A DNA stretch of 64,000 nucleotides from the NCBI GenBank assembly GCA_013115145.1, contig JAAPAO010000008.1, forward strand, positions 1 through 64,000, written 5' to 3'. Numbering within the stretch: position 1 is the stretch's first letter; every line of letters begins with the position of its first letter. Below, piece after piece: positions 45,701-56,453 of the stretch. Below the pieces are notes generated by a model, which saw only the letters and a list, made by a program, of their open reading frames with translations, was not told where the DNA came from and ran no database searches. Source of the DNA: Perkinsus chesapeaki ATCC PRA-425. Lineage: Eukaryota > Protista > Perkinsozoa. Position numbers and translations under genes: made by a program.

Positions 45701-46138
45701 TATCTTCGTATAGAGGAATAGTCTATGAGCTATGAAAGCCAAAGCGCATTGCGGTGCCGTATGCTTTTTCAATAATATTTCGACAGCTGCTTCGTCTGTT
45801 GCAACTTCCCATACTGGAGGAGCGTCCACAGCGTCCCTGTTGAGCAGCCATGCTACGCGGTCCAAGAGAGCCGAAGGACACTGTGTCTGGGTTAACTCGA
45901 AAAGTCTTGGGCAGCATCCTTCTGGTGGGTATCCTGGATGCCACCAGCAGTTCACCGTGTCTGTTACGCCTTCCAGGCTGCAGCAATGATTGTAGGAAAT
46001 GCCAGCGAGAGAGGAGTTTAAAGGAAAACAAGTGCCGAGCCTCCAGCAGAGGTTGAGTGGTCCTATACAGACCCGAGAGCTCGAATACCCGTCTCGAGAG
46101 AGTGCCAGGAGAATGATGGGAATGGTCCATGATGGCAT
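42710..46138 (-). CDS. Intronless FKRP/LicD-like phosphotransferase with signal/anchor, Cys-rich N-terminus and apparently duplicated stem domain (~1140 aa)
   Basis: C-terminal ECVREDDTRDVC...YEFMEEYRSVTPLCNRLWL...QGTLLATLYRSGGVGMIPWDYDLEL matches the FKRP zinc loop and LicD nucleotidyltransferase motif. Likely start is MPSWTIPIILLALS at 46138 (ORF open from 46318). Confidence 0.8.
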   Translation of the reverse strand: MPSWTIPIILLALSRDGYSSSRVCIGPLNLCWRLGTCFPLNSSLAGISYNHCCSLEGVTDTVNCWWHPGYPPEGCCPRLFELTQTQCPSALLDRVAWLLNRDAVDAPPVWEVATDEAAVEILLKKHTAPQCALAFIAHRLFLYTKIPRWPKHFEILVDPDAASLDVFSLSSMVTAFDFIKQLPLTSLLSDPVFAPLWLRRALGHWRKLKCYVWQDAWRLHPATGSCDANETPLEKEYKRYLAFSVNRGTLPDVEVSESMLLGKEVGCELSRICAALALSMHGRVSKEALNDWWTKLRSPGIIMTTSWPLLPLMSMASELVISTANVTAADSPHLVIIECSSHSIVKPSKHYSTVSIAPRECISRLPSLVPDTGYVGVLSPQQWDYENEVSLPLLVNTMAKDGITVAGLPVIDPDGGWAWPCLKFRRDDLFHEMITVSPYSTGYRSHSNSHACVACDTTSLSRVYKAETLRAILRRCGKSRSLQDFALCQDLVSLVSEGPKVHTCHHYHPIREPPYFSNLRHLPDWLSVFAGVTVFSAPDMSRPITACGVEHRGSFGPCEVFEFRAWLSSWFNRGDVFLHCASPFLPLPLHRYNVRQCPQVMNRALWLKITVCSQETSASTPTHGWESVNVIISNCSSMQLSAAFRLRRVHTGLLFGDTVQVWVQPSPAQPSFPKLDVEGPLAIRWNTPLQEMLALVSNSQREGEQFVALVWNHTSNHALSLLSSYATDDCSVAGGLIQYRDSLFWPARRVRYEWWKLELRSALPDRHTCQRAGSTSATRVYRTVTLLRILEHILNPEDSLHNESTASLNGSAKVLLFDAVASRLGVGVCTCNAVILYEEDWAQQLSTADFPGVQSIYIECVREDDTRDVCSPMKATNSSEVLAENYEFMEEYRSVTPLCNRLWLEDSFMRLVEWWVSAKGSRIAMARQGTLLATLYRSGGVGMIPWDYDLELNLVGLDRQFIGDPDSTGLCSAVAVAGVFGSVPMGACELLDDLTYGMETDRSVTSGSRVAIQLGPFTIAIISTPQLPTDLVAIRMFGSPFKLYFSLAHWDWWYHNIYRGSSAKLIGGGNVADHNPWELCNHQGIFGRSSCLPQCHHPNACDFPDLLPLTRASCGRWWEEQCRLHHHHRIANTSLISIATPS

Positions 46139-46426
46139 GGTCTCCCCCTGGTTACGTGGGGAGGAACTCAATGAAGGAATACTGAAAATCAAAATAGACC
46201 GGCAAATGCGATAAAGTTTTAGTCTGTACGTTTTGCGCAGCAGCAGACATTTTTGAGCACACAATGCTAATTTTTTCAAGCAACTTCGATTATGCAGAAT
46301 TGCTTCATTAGGAAGCACAGAACATCGCCAATATGCAGTCCATCCCCTCCAAACGACAAGATGTCCCAGCGAGCCGGTTAATTTTGTGGCGCGCAGTCAC
46401 GACGCACTGCCACCACTTGTGATTAT

Positions 46427-46532
46427 GTTCATTAAACCAATTCTGAGATTCTGAATCGATTCCAGCATCGCATTTTACGTGTTAAAAGCAGTTCTGGAAT
46501 CGATTCTGAATTTCAAAATCGGTTTATTGAAC
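46427..46532. repeat. Long inverted repeat (39-bp arms, 28-nt loop)
   Basis: 46427-46465 pairs with 46494-46532: 34 Watson-Crick pairs, 1 G-T and 4 mismatches. Each arm contains the palindrome GAATCGATTC. Confidence 0.9.
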
Positions 46533-46844
46533 GATCCCTGTGTCACCACTACGTTTCATATTAAATGTCTTTAACTAGGAAACTTCTAAAAGCCTTCCGA
46601 GTTCGGAAATCTCCCTCTTTGAAGCATCGTCCGATTTGTTCTGTTTAACGTGCGTGGTTCCGATATTCCACTCTCTGTATCCGGAATCATCTGCAGTCGT
46701 AATGTGCATCTTACCGCCCCCCCCCCGCATTCTGTCCTTGTAGAGTTCACTTATGTCGGTTAGCTTACTATATCAGCACTGTGATTCCCTACTGATACAT
46801 TATATCTTTACCGTTTTTGCTATACAGTCCCATCCTTCAGTATA

Positions 46845-49608
46845 TGGTTGTATCATACAGAATGAGGCATCCAGGCCGTCATGATTACTCTCCTATTAAC
46901 AACAACAACCGTCGTAATAGCGACCTTAGCACCGGCTCCAGTGTAGAGATGGACAATATGGGACCTTCTACCACTACAACAACAACTACCACACTAGCAA
47001 CAACATCAACCCCAGCAAGAGCCGTGGTGAACGTCCCAGCTGTAGGGCAGCCTGACCTGTCCATTCCCGGGATACAGGTGCGTAGCCTTTCTACATTACG
47101 GGTGACGATCGCCTCAGAATCGTTCTGACATGAGCCCTTCATCGGCCGAGAGCGGGGAGGCTCCATCGAGGTTCGTTATAATAGGTGGAGCTGGTTCCAT
47201 GAACCAATTCGGTAATGTTGATGTCTTAGCACTCTCGACAGCATTGTTATCAGATCTTTCCCCTGCGGCACAATGGGACTTCGAGCAAGAGCCTACCAGG
47301 GCCGCCGCATCCCTCCGACTCTGTATTTGGGCTATGTTCCTATTTGCCTGTTTAGTCATGTTTCGAGTACAACAGGATAAGCTGGCGCAGGTAGTAGGCC
47401 GGGGAGGGAGGTTCTAGAGTGCCGCTGGCACGGTGTTTATTGGGAACTTCGTTTAGTACGAGGACACTAGTGGTATACTCCGTACCTCATTACGGATTTG
47501 TAGTACCTCTGATAGCCTCACTGGGTCGTCATAGGCTTCACTTGAGAGCTTGAAGGTGCGAAAATATCTTTACATTATCGAAATTCCCCCATGCTTGCTT
47601 GCTGGCGGTGGCGGCGGTCATTCAGTGTATATACTGGCTGCTATGTATAATAGGCTTCTCAAGCAGCAGTAGTTCTATTCGCCATGTAGTCGATCAAAGA
47701 AGTGTGCCCACTCCGGCCTGCGGCATCCGAGGAAAAGAGCCCTAACCACACACCTTGAGCAATCCTATGTTATGAGGGCGGGATTTCTCAAATAGTCGAG
47801 GCCCACAGTTTTACAATGGCTCCTACTTGCTCTATTTTCGCCTCTTATTATTATGTTGGTTGTCTTCCCTCCAGCAGGCTATGGCAAACCGTCGTAGTAA
47901 CGTCCTACATCTGGTGGCACCTTGGGAGAAGGCAAGCTTTAATGACAGAAACTCTACGGAGCTCAGGGCCGTCTATATAGACCCTAGGTAGGTGCAGCGT
48001 CCCTACGAATGGGCAGTTGTCCTCCAGGTTGGCCACGGTGGCGTCGAATCTCCGGCTTGGACAGAACCATGAGCTGGACGTTGCGCAGTTACTACCGCCT
48101 CGGGCAAATGTAAGTATATTGGGGTCAGATGATGAACTGATTATATTTCAGTCCTACATTCGAGAGTTGGACTCTCAGCGATTGGTGGCCAGCGTGCTGG
48201 ATGGAGCCTGGCGATCGACGACGTACGGCAGGGAGGACAACGAGTCGATCGAGGAGGCTGCAAGCCCGGATGTTGCTACATTAAGGAGTGTTGATAGAAC
48301 ACAGTATAGTGCGAATAAAGTGGGTGTTATTATTACGTGGGTGACTGGGAGAATGGTGGTGACAGGGAGTGGCTGAATTGTGCCCAACAGGGAAGGGCAA
48401 TCAGCGATCCTGTATGATGGCGTTGCTGAAAAACAATCGCGAAGGTGGGGGGCTGTCAACCACGGAGAGGGGCAGATTGATCCGGATGTTTGTGAACAGG
48501 GTTTAGCTGCTTCCACTTGGCCGCTGCTGTTGATGGAGGAGTTACCAAGTTCGATGTATCGGCAAATGACAGTATGGTGTGTCTAGGGGATAAGGAGGGC
48601 GCGGAGGTAGTAGGGGGCACAGTGGGAATACAGGAGAGCCTTCACAGCGTGGGTTAAAGGCGAATCTTAGCTTAACCCCTGCATTTCACACATGTAGTTG
48701 AAACTTCGGTTTACTGTGGGTAGTAAGGATAGTCTTGAAGGCCCGTAACTGCCAGAAACCTCTCGGCTTGAATTCAGCCTGGCTCATCCCTCTCCACTTT
48801 GGAAAGTCTATCAGTGGAGACATGCCACCATCATTCTCAGATTCGTGCCCTCCTCCCTGACCAGTTCTCGGACAGGATAGTGTATATATGGCGGCCAGTG
48901 GGGGATGAGCAGGGCTACGCTCCAGCCATCGATTGCGCGACTACAGTGGACTCCTCCACAGGCAAATGCATCGATTCCGTACCGATACACTCAGCCAGTA
49001 ATAACATGGCTCCTCCTCCTGCTGCTCAGCGGCTGCAGCAGCAACAGCATTTGTAGGTTACTATGGTATTGACTTCCATGAGGACACTGATAAGAATGGC
49101 AAGGCAAGAGAGACTACCAAGGTGGTTAGCATAACATATGACTATCAAAGGTGGCAGACTGTGCTTAGGTAGTAGTAGGGTGGTGGTGGATTGATGGTAG
49201 TCCTGATTAGGTCCTATGTGATGGGTGATAAGGAATCTCCTATGTCCAGTCGACCGGAATTCAAGTCGATACTCTTCACGTCTCGTGGGCCCTTCTGGGT
49301 GATTGATTCGCCAGATGTGTCTGACGGATACGTCCTGGTGGTGGCCGGCACGGAGCCACAGATTGGTATTCTGCACGCCACTCCGCTCTATGACGCACAG
49401 ATCGGCCCGGCCAATCAATGGATGAAGCAAGGCGATGTTCTTCGGTAGGCAGACCCGAAACCCCGATGAAGCTATGTGGCTTTTCAGGCGGGAAAATACA
49501 AGATCCGCATATTACAGGCACATGTCGGGCAAGATGGCCGATGAAACTGTTGGAGAAGTTCAGGGTCGCAAAGCCAAGTGCTTCTGCGGTCCTCCGCCGT
49601 CTGACTGA
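46845..49608 (+). CDS. Hypothetical single-pass (type II-like) membrane protein (multi-exon)
   Basis: Thr-rich cytosolic N-terminus and a TM segment (LRLCIWAMFLFACLVMFRV). Many splice-compatible downstream exons end at KAKCFCGPPPSD*. Some junctions are unresolved. Confidence 0.55.
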
Positions 49609-49915
49609 ATACCGCTCTTTCGCCAAATCTACTCTTTAATATCCCCTTCAAAATCATCGTCAGCCATGCTTTGATTTTGTCCGGTAAAGCAAGTGTCTTT
49701 TTGTATCAACTGCTGTGTCCGTTGGAGCCCTTCAAGCCCGTAAAATTGTTCCTCATTGTTTCGGTGTTAAGGTTTGTTTATATCCTTTCAATCCCCTCCT
49801 TCTCCTACTCTGTACAGTTTTACTATACATCCTCATATAGCCCAATGGTCTTTGGTTAGTTTTATGGGGCCAGGAATCAGATAAAGCGCGTACAGTTCAC
49901 AACACGTGGGAAGGC

Positions 49916-52347
49916 ATGCCGGCGAGTAAGGTCCGGAAGGGCCTAGATCCTCTCGTTTACCAACTCTACAAGGCAGCCAAGTCGAACACGTCGAATCGGC
50001 GGGTACGGGAGGAGACGTTGGAAGTGCTAGCAGCAGCCACGAACGCTGTTAAGGACTCGTGAGAAAGTTGAGCAACACTGAAGTGATACCTGTGTTTCAG
50101 TTTCACACCGGACGACCTGAGCGTGCTGGCTTGGTCGGCCAGCAAGATCGGGCATACATCTCCGAAGTTCTGGAAGGTTGCTGTTAATCTAACCGAGGTT
50201 TGCTGGGTTATCCTTCACCCTCCTTACCACTTGCTTATCAGGTGTACGCTCATGAGTTCAGTGCTAGATCGGCCACTAGGCTATTGGAGGCCTTCTCGTT
50301 GGCCAGAGGCTCCCGGGACCGCAGGCGCCCGGCAAGTGCTCTGCTGGGCCTCTTCGCTGAGCCTCCTGGGGAGCCTCTGACGGAGCAAGGGGTTTGCCAG
50401 CTCCTCCGAGCTTTGGTGAATCTGAAGATGATCGATGTTATCCCCACGTGGCTGCTTCAAGAGGGTCTGCGGCTCCTAGACGAACCCCCTCAATCCACAG
50501 TAAGCTTCCCGACCACGGAAATAGTCGTACCTGTTTCGGGTACTAACTTTCCTGGGCGACGGGCTGTAGGAAATAGGGACGTAGGATACCGAACAGGTTG
50601 CTCGTAAGTCCTTAATTTCACCCCACACACTCGCGCACAGGAATCAACATAACGTATAGCATTTTCCGGAAGCGAGCAAACTCGTTAACAGTTGAAGGGC
50701 TGCCTCAGTACCTAATCCTTCTTCCTAGACTATGGTAGAGCCGCCCCGCTGTCTGGTCCCGTTGATGTGGCCATTGTCAAGGATTCCCACTACAGCTGAG
50801 ATGGCGGCCTCCACAGTAGCACGCTTGATTCGAGGAGGCAGAGTGGTAGGGCATACCGGCTACCATGCTTCTTTGACCTCCATGCAGGACTACACTCGGA
50901 TGACCACGACCGATGCTGCATTGCTCGTCCACTCCTTGGCCAAGGCTTGGAACACTACCGAAGGTAGGGCCCTCAGCGAATGGTCGGAAGGCCCCTGTCA
51001 GAAGCCACAGCGCCCCGGCAGCAGCAGGAGGAGTCTCATCCGCCGTATCGCGACGTAATGTCTCAGCTGGTGACAGAATGCGGAGCCCGAGGCTGGAAGG
51101 GCTTGAACCCGCGTGCGATAGCAGGCGTCCTGTGGGCGTGTGGACGATGCAATATAAGATCGTTGATGGAAGAGTGCACTGAGGACTGGCATCCCCTCAT
51201 GGCAGTCGACCTCAAGTCCTTCGATCCCCAGGCCCTTGCCAACCTTCTTTGGGGTGTTGGCCGCATAAACAGACGGCAGGTTGGTCAGGGTGAGGTCGGA
51301 TATTTGTTGGTACCGGACAACGCAGTTACCCTGTTGGATTCCTGTCGATGATGTACAAGCCGCCTTCGCTGCCCAAAGCTCGAAGGCCGACCTCTTCAGC
51401 GTATCCATGATAGCATGCGCCTTGGCTTATGAAGAATCCTGTGGTGTCGATGAGTAGATACTGGGGCAGTTGCACTCGTACTAGTGTCCATTCAGGGTGT
51501 TTACAAGTCTCTGGGAGTTTGTGCGCCAGCAGCTGCTACATCGACCGTCCCAGCTAGAGGAAGGTAGGATTAACAACCGTTTTCGGTCTTCTAATCGCCC
51601 CAGGTGCTGGTGATCTCGCTGGTTTGCTGTGGGCATTCTCCCGTCGAGGGCACTTGGAGGCGGTTCTGGAGCTGTCTCTCATCTGCGAGGGGAGTCTGCT
51701 GTCTTTACCTACAGACCTCCGGGTTGGCCCCTACCTTCCATCGCCCATTCATCCACTTTCATTAGGCCCTGGCCATGTGGGGTATGGCCCACGCGGGGAT
51801 CAACCTTCCAGAGCAGCTCGGTCGGGAACTCCTTACCTCTCTGCATCGGCCAACTGGTGAGCAGGCGTTCTCCGTCCATCATCATCTACGACGTTTCGTT
51901 AGCATCTCCTCCCTCCTCGAGCGTCATCACCAGTCTTGTCGCCCTGGACCAGCTGTGCCCCAATTTAAATGCCTTTTTGCCCGCTAACCTACAGTCTATT
52001 AGGGCTGCCGATCTGTGGCGTCTCTTATCGATAAGGAATGCTCCTCTACAGCAGCGCCGAGATGCACTGGCTCTTGCCGTACGGAAAAGGGAGGAAGCTC
52101 CCGCCTACGCAGCGGCATATTTTGCTCGTACGTTGCCTTCCGACGTCCACGCCTCACTGCCCTCCATTCAGGCTGTCTGGATCCATCCGCTGGGTTTCTG
52201 CCTCCCGCGGGAATTCGGTTACGGCTGCTCAGAGAGCTCACGCTGTCGGGGCTCGATAAGTGCCCATCTCGCTATCTACCTGCTCTGGCTTGCCACCTCA
52301 CTATCATACTGCGGCAAAGCATGTCCTCAGTTTCTGTTCGTTTCTGA
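49916..52347 (+). CDS. OPR/HPR/FASTK-type helical-repeat RNA-binding protein, paralog 1 (multi-exon; start approximate)
   Basis: Repeats FTPDDLSVLAWSASKIG, LNPRAIAGVLWACGRC, FDPQALANLLWGVGRI and DLAGLLWAFSRRG. Terminal exon GCLDPSAGFL...LACHLTII. Confidence 0.75.
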
Positions 52348-52397
52348 TACTGTTTTGGTTGGGTTTTATCAGTTCACAACGACACCGTAGGGAGTGT

Positions 52398-54745
52398 ATG
52401 TCGTCGGTACGGATACCCGCGGCGGTGGCGCGACTAGCTAGCGCAAGCAAGAAGACGCAGAGCGAACGAACAAAAGGGTCGCAACCCAGGTTGAAAGGAA
52501 TGTTCAATGCGGCATTGCTGGCCATCGAGAGAGAGTGATAACCCCTCGCCCTACATGATGGAACTCACACTGGTTCTTCCGCAGTTTCTCTCCGGAGGGA
52601 CTTGCCAAGATTGCGTGGTCCTGTGCCAAATTGAAGCATCAAGATGAGACGTTCTACTTGCAACTCAGCCAGTTGGCATCAGTAATGCTGACGCCATCGA
52701 CTTGCTCTAATGGGGCTTCGTTATCTTCTAGGACAATGCGACCAGCTTCTCGCTCCACACTGTGGGCCTATTCCTAGAGCCTTTAGCTCTCTACCAATCA
52801 CCATGGCCACTCAGCTGCATCGATACTATAATGAGGCAGCTGGCGATTATGCCAGAGGTCAATACAGTTGCAGGGGATCTCTGCCGAGTACTCACGGCAC
52901 TTGCCAGACTGGGCTCTCGCCCCCAGCTTCCGGAGTGGATCGTATTGGCTTCACTGGAGATGATAAGAGGAGGACACCCTGTACGTGATGTAGGTGAATC
53001 TCTGAAGTATCATTGGAGCAACGCCGTGAATGCTCACGGTGCTGAACCTGTGTGCTCAGCCGATCGCCGAGGCTGGAATTTATGGGAGTCACGTACAGCA
53101 AGTATGCTGGGCTTTGGCCAGGATTCCTTCAACTCGAGTTCTGATACAGAAAACACTTGTTGATGCTCTCATCAGTCATAACCTCGTAAGCAGCTCTCCT
53201 ATACATGTAGTCATGATTTACGATCCGCTGGAAAGGCCAATCGGAGAATCTTGTCAACCGCTATTGGTACAGAATGCAAAGTGCCTGCTCCTGCAGGTAC
53301 CTGGCCGAATGACATGTAGCCAAGTTGCATCTATGATCCATTCACTTGCGCTGTCTTGTGTCGAAGGTAGGATTATTACAAAGGGGTTTCCTCTTGCTCA
53401 CACTAGCAATGACCGAGATTCAACCTGTTGCGCTATCGCGTGTCAGATACGAGCCACTCTGATGAAGCTTCTTCCGACTCAATTCTTCGTGCTATGGAAG
53501 TTCTCGTAGACGACTGCTATAATCGAGGCTGGCAACATTTCACTTCCAGCCAGATCGGTCGTATTTTTTGGGCATGTGGCAAATGCAGCTTTCGAGGCAT
53601 TATCACCCGAGCCACGCTTACTGACCACCCTTTACGGCACATCGATCCGACGAGCTTCAGGGCCGTTGAGATCGTAAATATCATCTGGGCTACCCACAAA
53701 CTGTCGGCAAGCTCAGTACGTCAATTTGCCGGCATTGGCTGAACCTTTCTTAGTGCTATAATCAGGTGCAGTGGCCCGCATGGTGCAGCAGTGTTGATTT
53801 GGTCATGGTGTCTGGGCAGCTTCCTTTAATGTCTTTGCGTGACTTAGCAATTATAGCGCCATCGCTTGCTAAGATTGAAGATGACACTGTGGACGGGTAA
53901 GCAGCCGGCTATGTAAGGCTCAAGCTTATATTTCAGCAGAGTGTTCGATGGAATTTGGGACCAACTGCAGAACCTTCCCACCGACAGCTTCTGTATCGAT
54001 CGCAGTGGTGCGAGATTTTCGCCAGCGCTTCGAGTATCGGAAACTTCTGTTAGATTCATCACATTTGGCGTCGATTATTTGGTCATTCTCATGGAGACGC
54101 CAGACAGATAGAGTTCGTCTCTTGAGCAGCTCGGTTATCAATTTTCTTCCCCAACTGCCCGCCGAGACACAAGTGAGCATGGCACAGGATTCTGATACCA
54201 GTTAAATGATGGCAGGGTATAGCTTTGTGGGCACTGGCAAACGCAGGACTGCGTCTAACCGCGCAAGCAGCCGCAGAGGTTCAAAGGAGCCTACTAGCTA
54301 GGCCTAGTATGTGCGATTTAGGCGTGACTTCAGCTTTGTTTTCAGTTACTCCTTATACGGCAAATGCATTGATTAGTCTGTGGGTGCTTCGACCGTCTCA
54401 AAAAGTTGTATTCCCATCGACTTTGAATGACTTTCCGTTGCCAGACTTATGGAAGCTCGTGAGCATTAGAGCTGCGCCCTCGATCGAGAGGCGGCGGGTG
54501 TTATCATTGGCTTTGAGGCAACGAGCCAATGTTCCGCCGTCAGCAGCTGCCTATTACGCTGGTACAAGTCATCTATCATACTTGCGCATATAATGTTCTT
54601 TCCATCAGGATGCCTCACAACAGACGAGGGTTTCTTGCGCTGTACTCGTTTGCGACTTAGTTTGCTGTCTGACATTCTTAAAGTGAATCTGATGTCACCG
54701 AAGTACTTAACCAAACTTGCATGCCATTTGTCTGAATTGATCTGA
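52398..54745 (+). CDS. OPR/HPR/FASTK-type helical-repeat RNA-binding protein, paralog 2 (multi-exon)
   Basis: Repeats FSPEGLAKIAWSCAKLK, HVQQVCWALARIP, FTSSQIGRIFWACGKC, FRAVEIVNIIWATHKL and WALANAGLR. Terminal exon GCLTTDEGFL...LACHLSELI*. Confidence 0.75.
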
Positions 54746-55462
54746 CTTATCTGATACTCGTTTCGGGCATACAAGCTTTCACGTAGCTCTTATGCGTTCC
54801 GAGTCCTTAGCTTACGTGGTGAAAGAGGAGTATCAGCCCTGACCCCCACTACTGCATTGTTACTAGACTTGCCGCACACAACACACTGCTGCTCTAGATA
54901 AGATCTTCAATCCAATAAACGAAACGAGATAAATGCCATCTGATATAAACGGCACCTATTTAACTGAGATACTACAAGGTTGGTAAAAGATAATAGAATG
55001 TTCGAAACCATACCCCCGCCGCCGCCGCTCTGAACACATGGTCAAAGCTACCTCGCTAGGGCCACCACGCTAAGAGAATGGGTCACCCACTGCTACTGCG
55101 ACTTCATTATTCTACAAGCCTTACCAGAAATTAGAGCTGTTCTACGTTAATAAAAGTAGGAGATAATAAACAATATAAGAATAAGAATGGTAGGCATACG
55201 TGAATACCGTAATACCGTAATTGTCGTAGTAAACGGAGAAATGATGCTGATAATGATGATAACGACCATGAGTTAACGACCATGTGATACCTTACCTTAA
55301 AGCGACGTAACTTTAATAGCAGTCATGAGACTCTTTCAACGACTCACGAGACAGCAGCCGCTCGGACTTGTATACGAGTGCTAGAACGAACCATGTGCTG
55401 CTGGAGAGGAGAGCCTTCAGCGTAGAGTACGGGCAGAAAACTCCCCCAGATTAATAAATGCT

Positions 55463-56221
55463 TCATTGCTCACTTGAAGCGAAGCGATTCGAGTGATAGG
55501 CGTCAACACCGTGGATGCTTAAAATAGTAGCTGATGATCTCGAGGCACTTCGGGCAGTAGCGACCTGCTCGTTGCCAGACCTTGTGGGGTGACCCGGGGG
55601 GAAGATGCCGAGAGGTCTTAGAGTTTTACCATTACCATCACTTAGAATATTAAAGCATCGCGCTAGCATCATTTCACTTGCCTGAATCTTATTATGCGAC
55701 ATTGGACAAGTGCGGTCATCACAGGCACCCATCAAAAAAGCAGGGCAGACTTTCTCAGGGACCTTCGAGTAGAAATCGTGAAGCTCATAAATCGAGTGGG
55801 CATACTGGCAGTCTGCATCGCTACAATTCGGACGAGTACATATCTTAGTCTTGTAAAAATTAGGTCGGGCCGTGAGCTCCTCATAACAATGGGCATAGGT
55901 ACAGTCGCTACCATATCTACATTTTCCCTTCATGAAGTGACGGCAAAACTGCAAGAGCAGCAAATAGCACAGCAACACCACAAAGGGCTTTTCGCGGCTT
56001 ACTTTAGTTTTGAACAGTTGTTGCTTCATTGCGTTGCCCACGGCAGCACGGTTACTGTCCTGGTTAGGCTCTGCAAGGCTGCGACCATCGTAGGCAACGA
56101 CGTTCGGCGTGTACTGTTCGCTGCTGTTCGCTGCCGATGTCGTGGATGGCCCTTTCACGTCTCTTTTGTATTGTTCAAGAGCCATGATGTAGTCCTTGGG
56201 AAAAGTTGTTGGCATTGTCAA
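55463..56221 (-). CDS. Triple-CCCH zinc-finger protein (54-nt in-frame intron 55949-56002)
   Basis: FKTK|FCRHFMKGKCRYGSDCTYAH; YKTKICTRPNCSDADCQYAH; KVCPAFLMGACDDRTCPMSH. Confidence 0.85.
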   Translation of the reverse strand: MTMPTTFPKDYIMALEQYKRDVKGPSTTSAANSSEQYTPNVVAYDGRSLAEPNQDSNRAAVGNAMKQQLFKTKVSREKPFVVLLCYLLLLQFCRHFMKGKCRYGSDCTYAHCYEELTARPNFYKTKICTRPNCSDADCQYAHSIYELHDFYSKVPEKVCPAFLMGACDDRTCPMSHNKIQASEMMLARCFNILSDGNGKTLRPLGIFPPGHPTRSGNEQVATARSASRSSATILSIHGVDAYHSNRFASSEQ

Positions 56222-56453
56222 GCCGACTGAATACTACAACAGCGATAATGACCCGGCTTAACACAAGACTTAACAAAGTAGGTTTAACGGTATCAAAATG
56301 TACTCATATTATTAAGGACACCCAGAGCACCAACAATCACGAGCGCTCAACAACGCACTCGTGTGTACGATAATATTATGAAAACACATCTGAGGAGGAG
56401 GAGGAGGAAGAGTGATATTCCGATCGGTGGTGAGGAACTTACGTGCTCAAATC

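Noticed and set aside
51095-51120. Minus-strand B-box-like CGGGTTCAAGCCC
   Set aside because: It lies in coding sequence with a poor stem. It shows that chance B-box matches occur and tempers the orphan-half claim.
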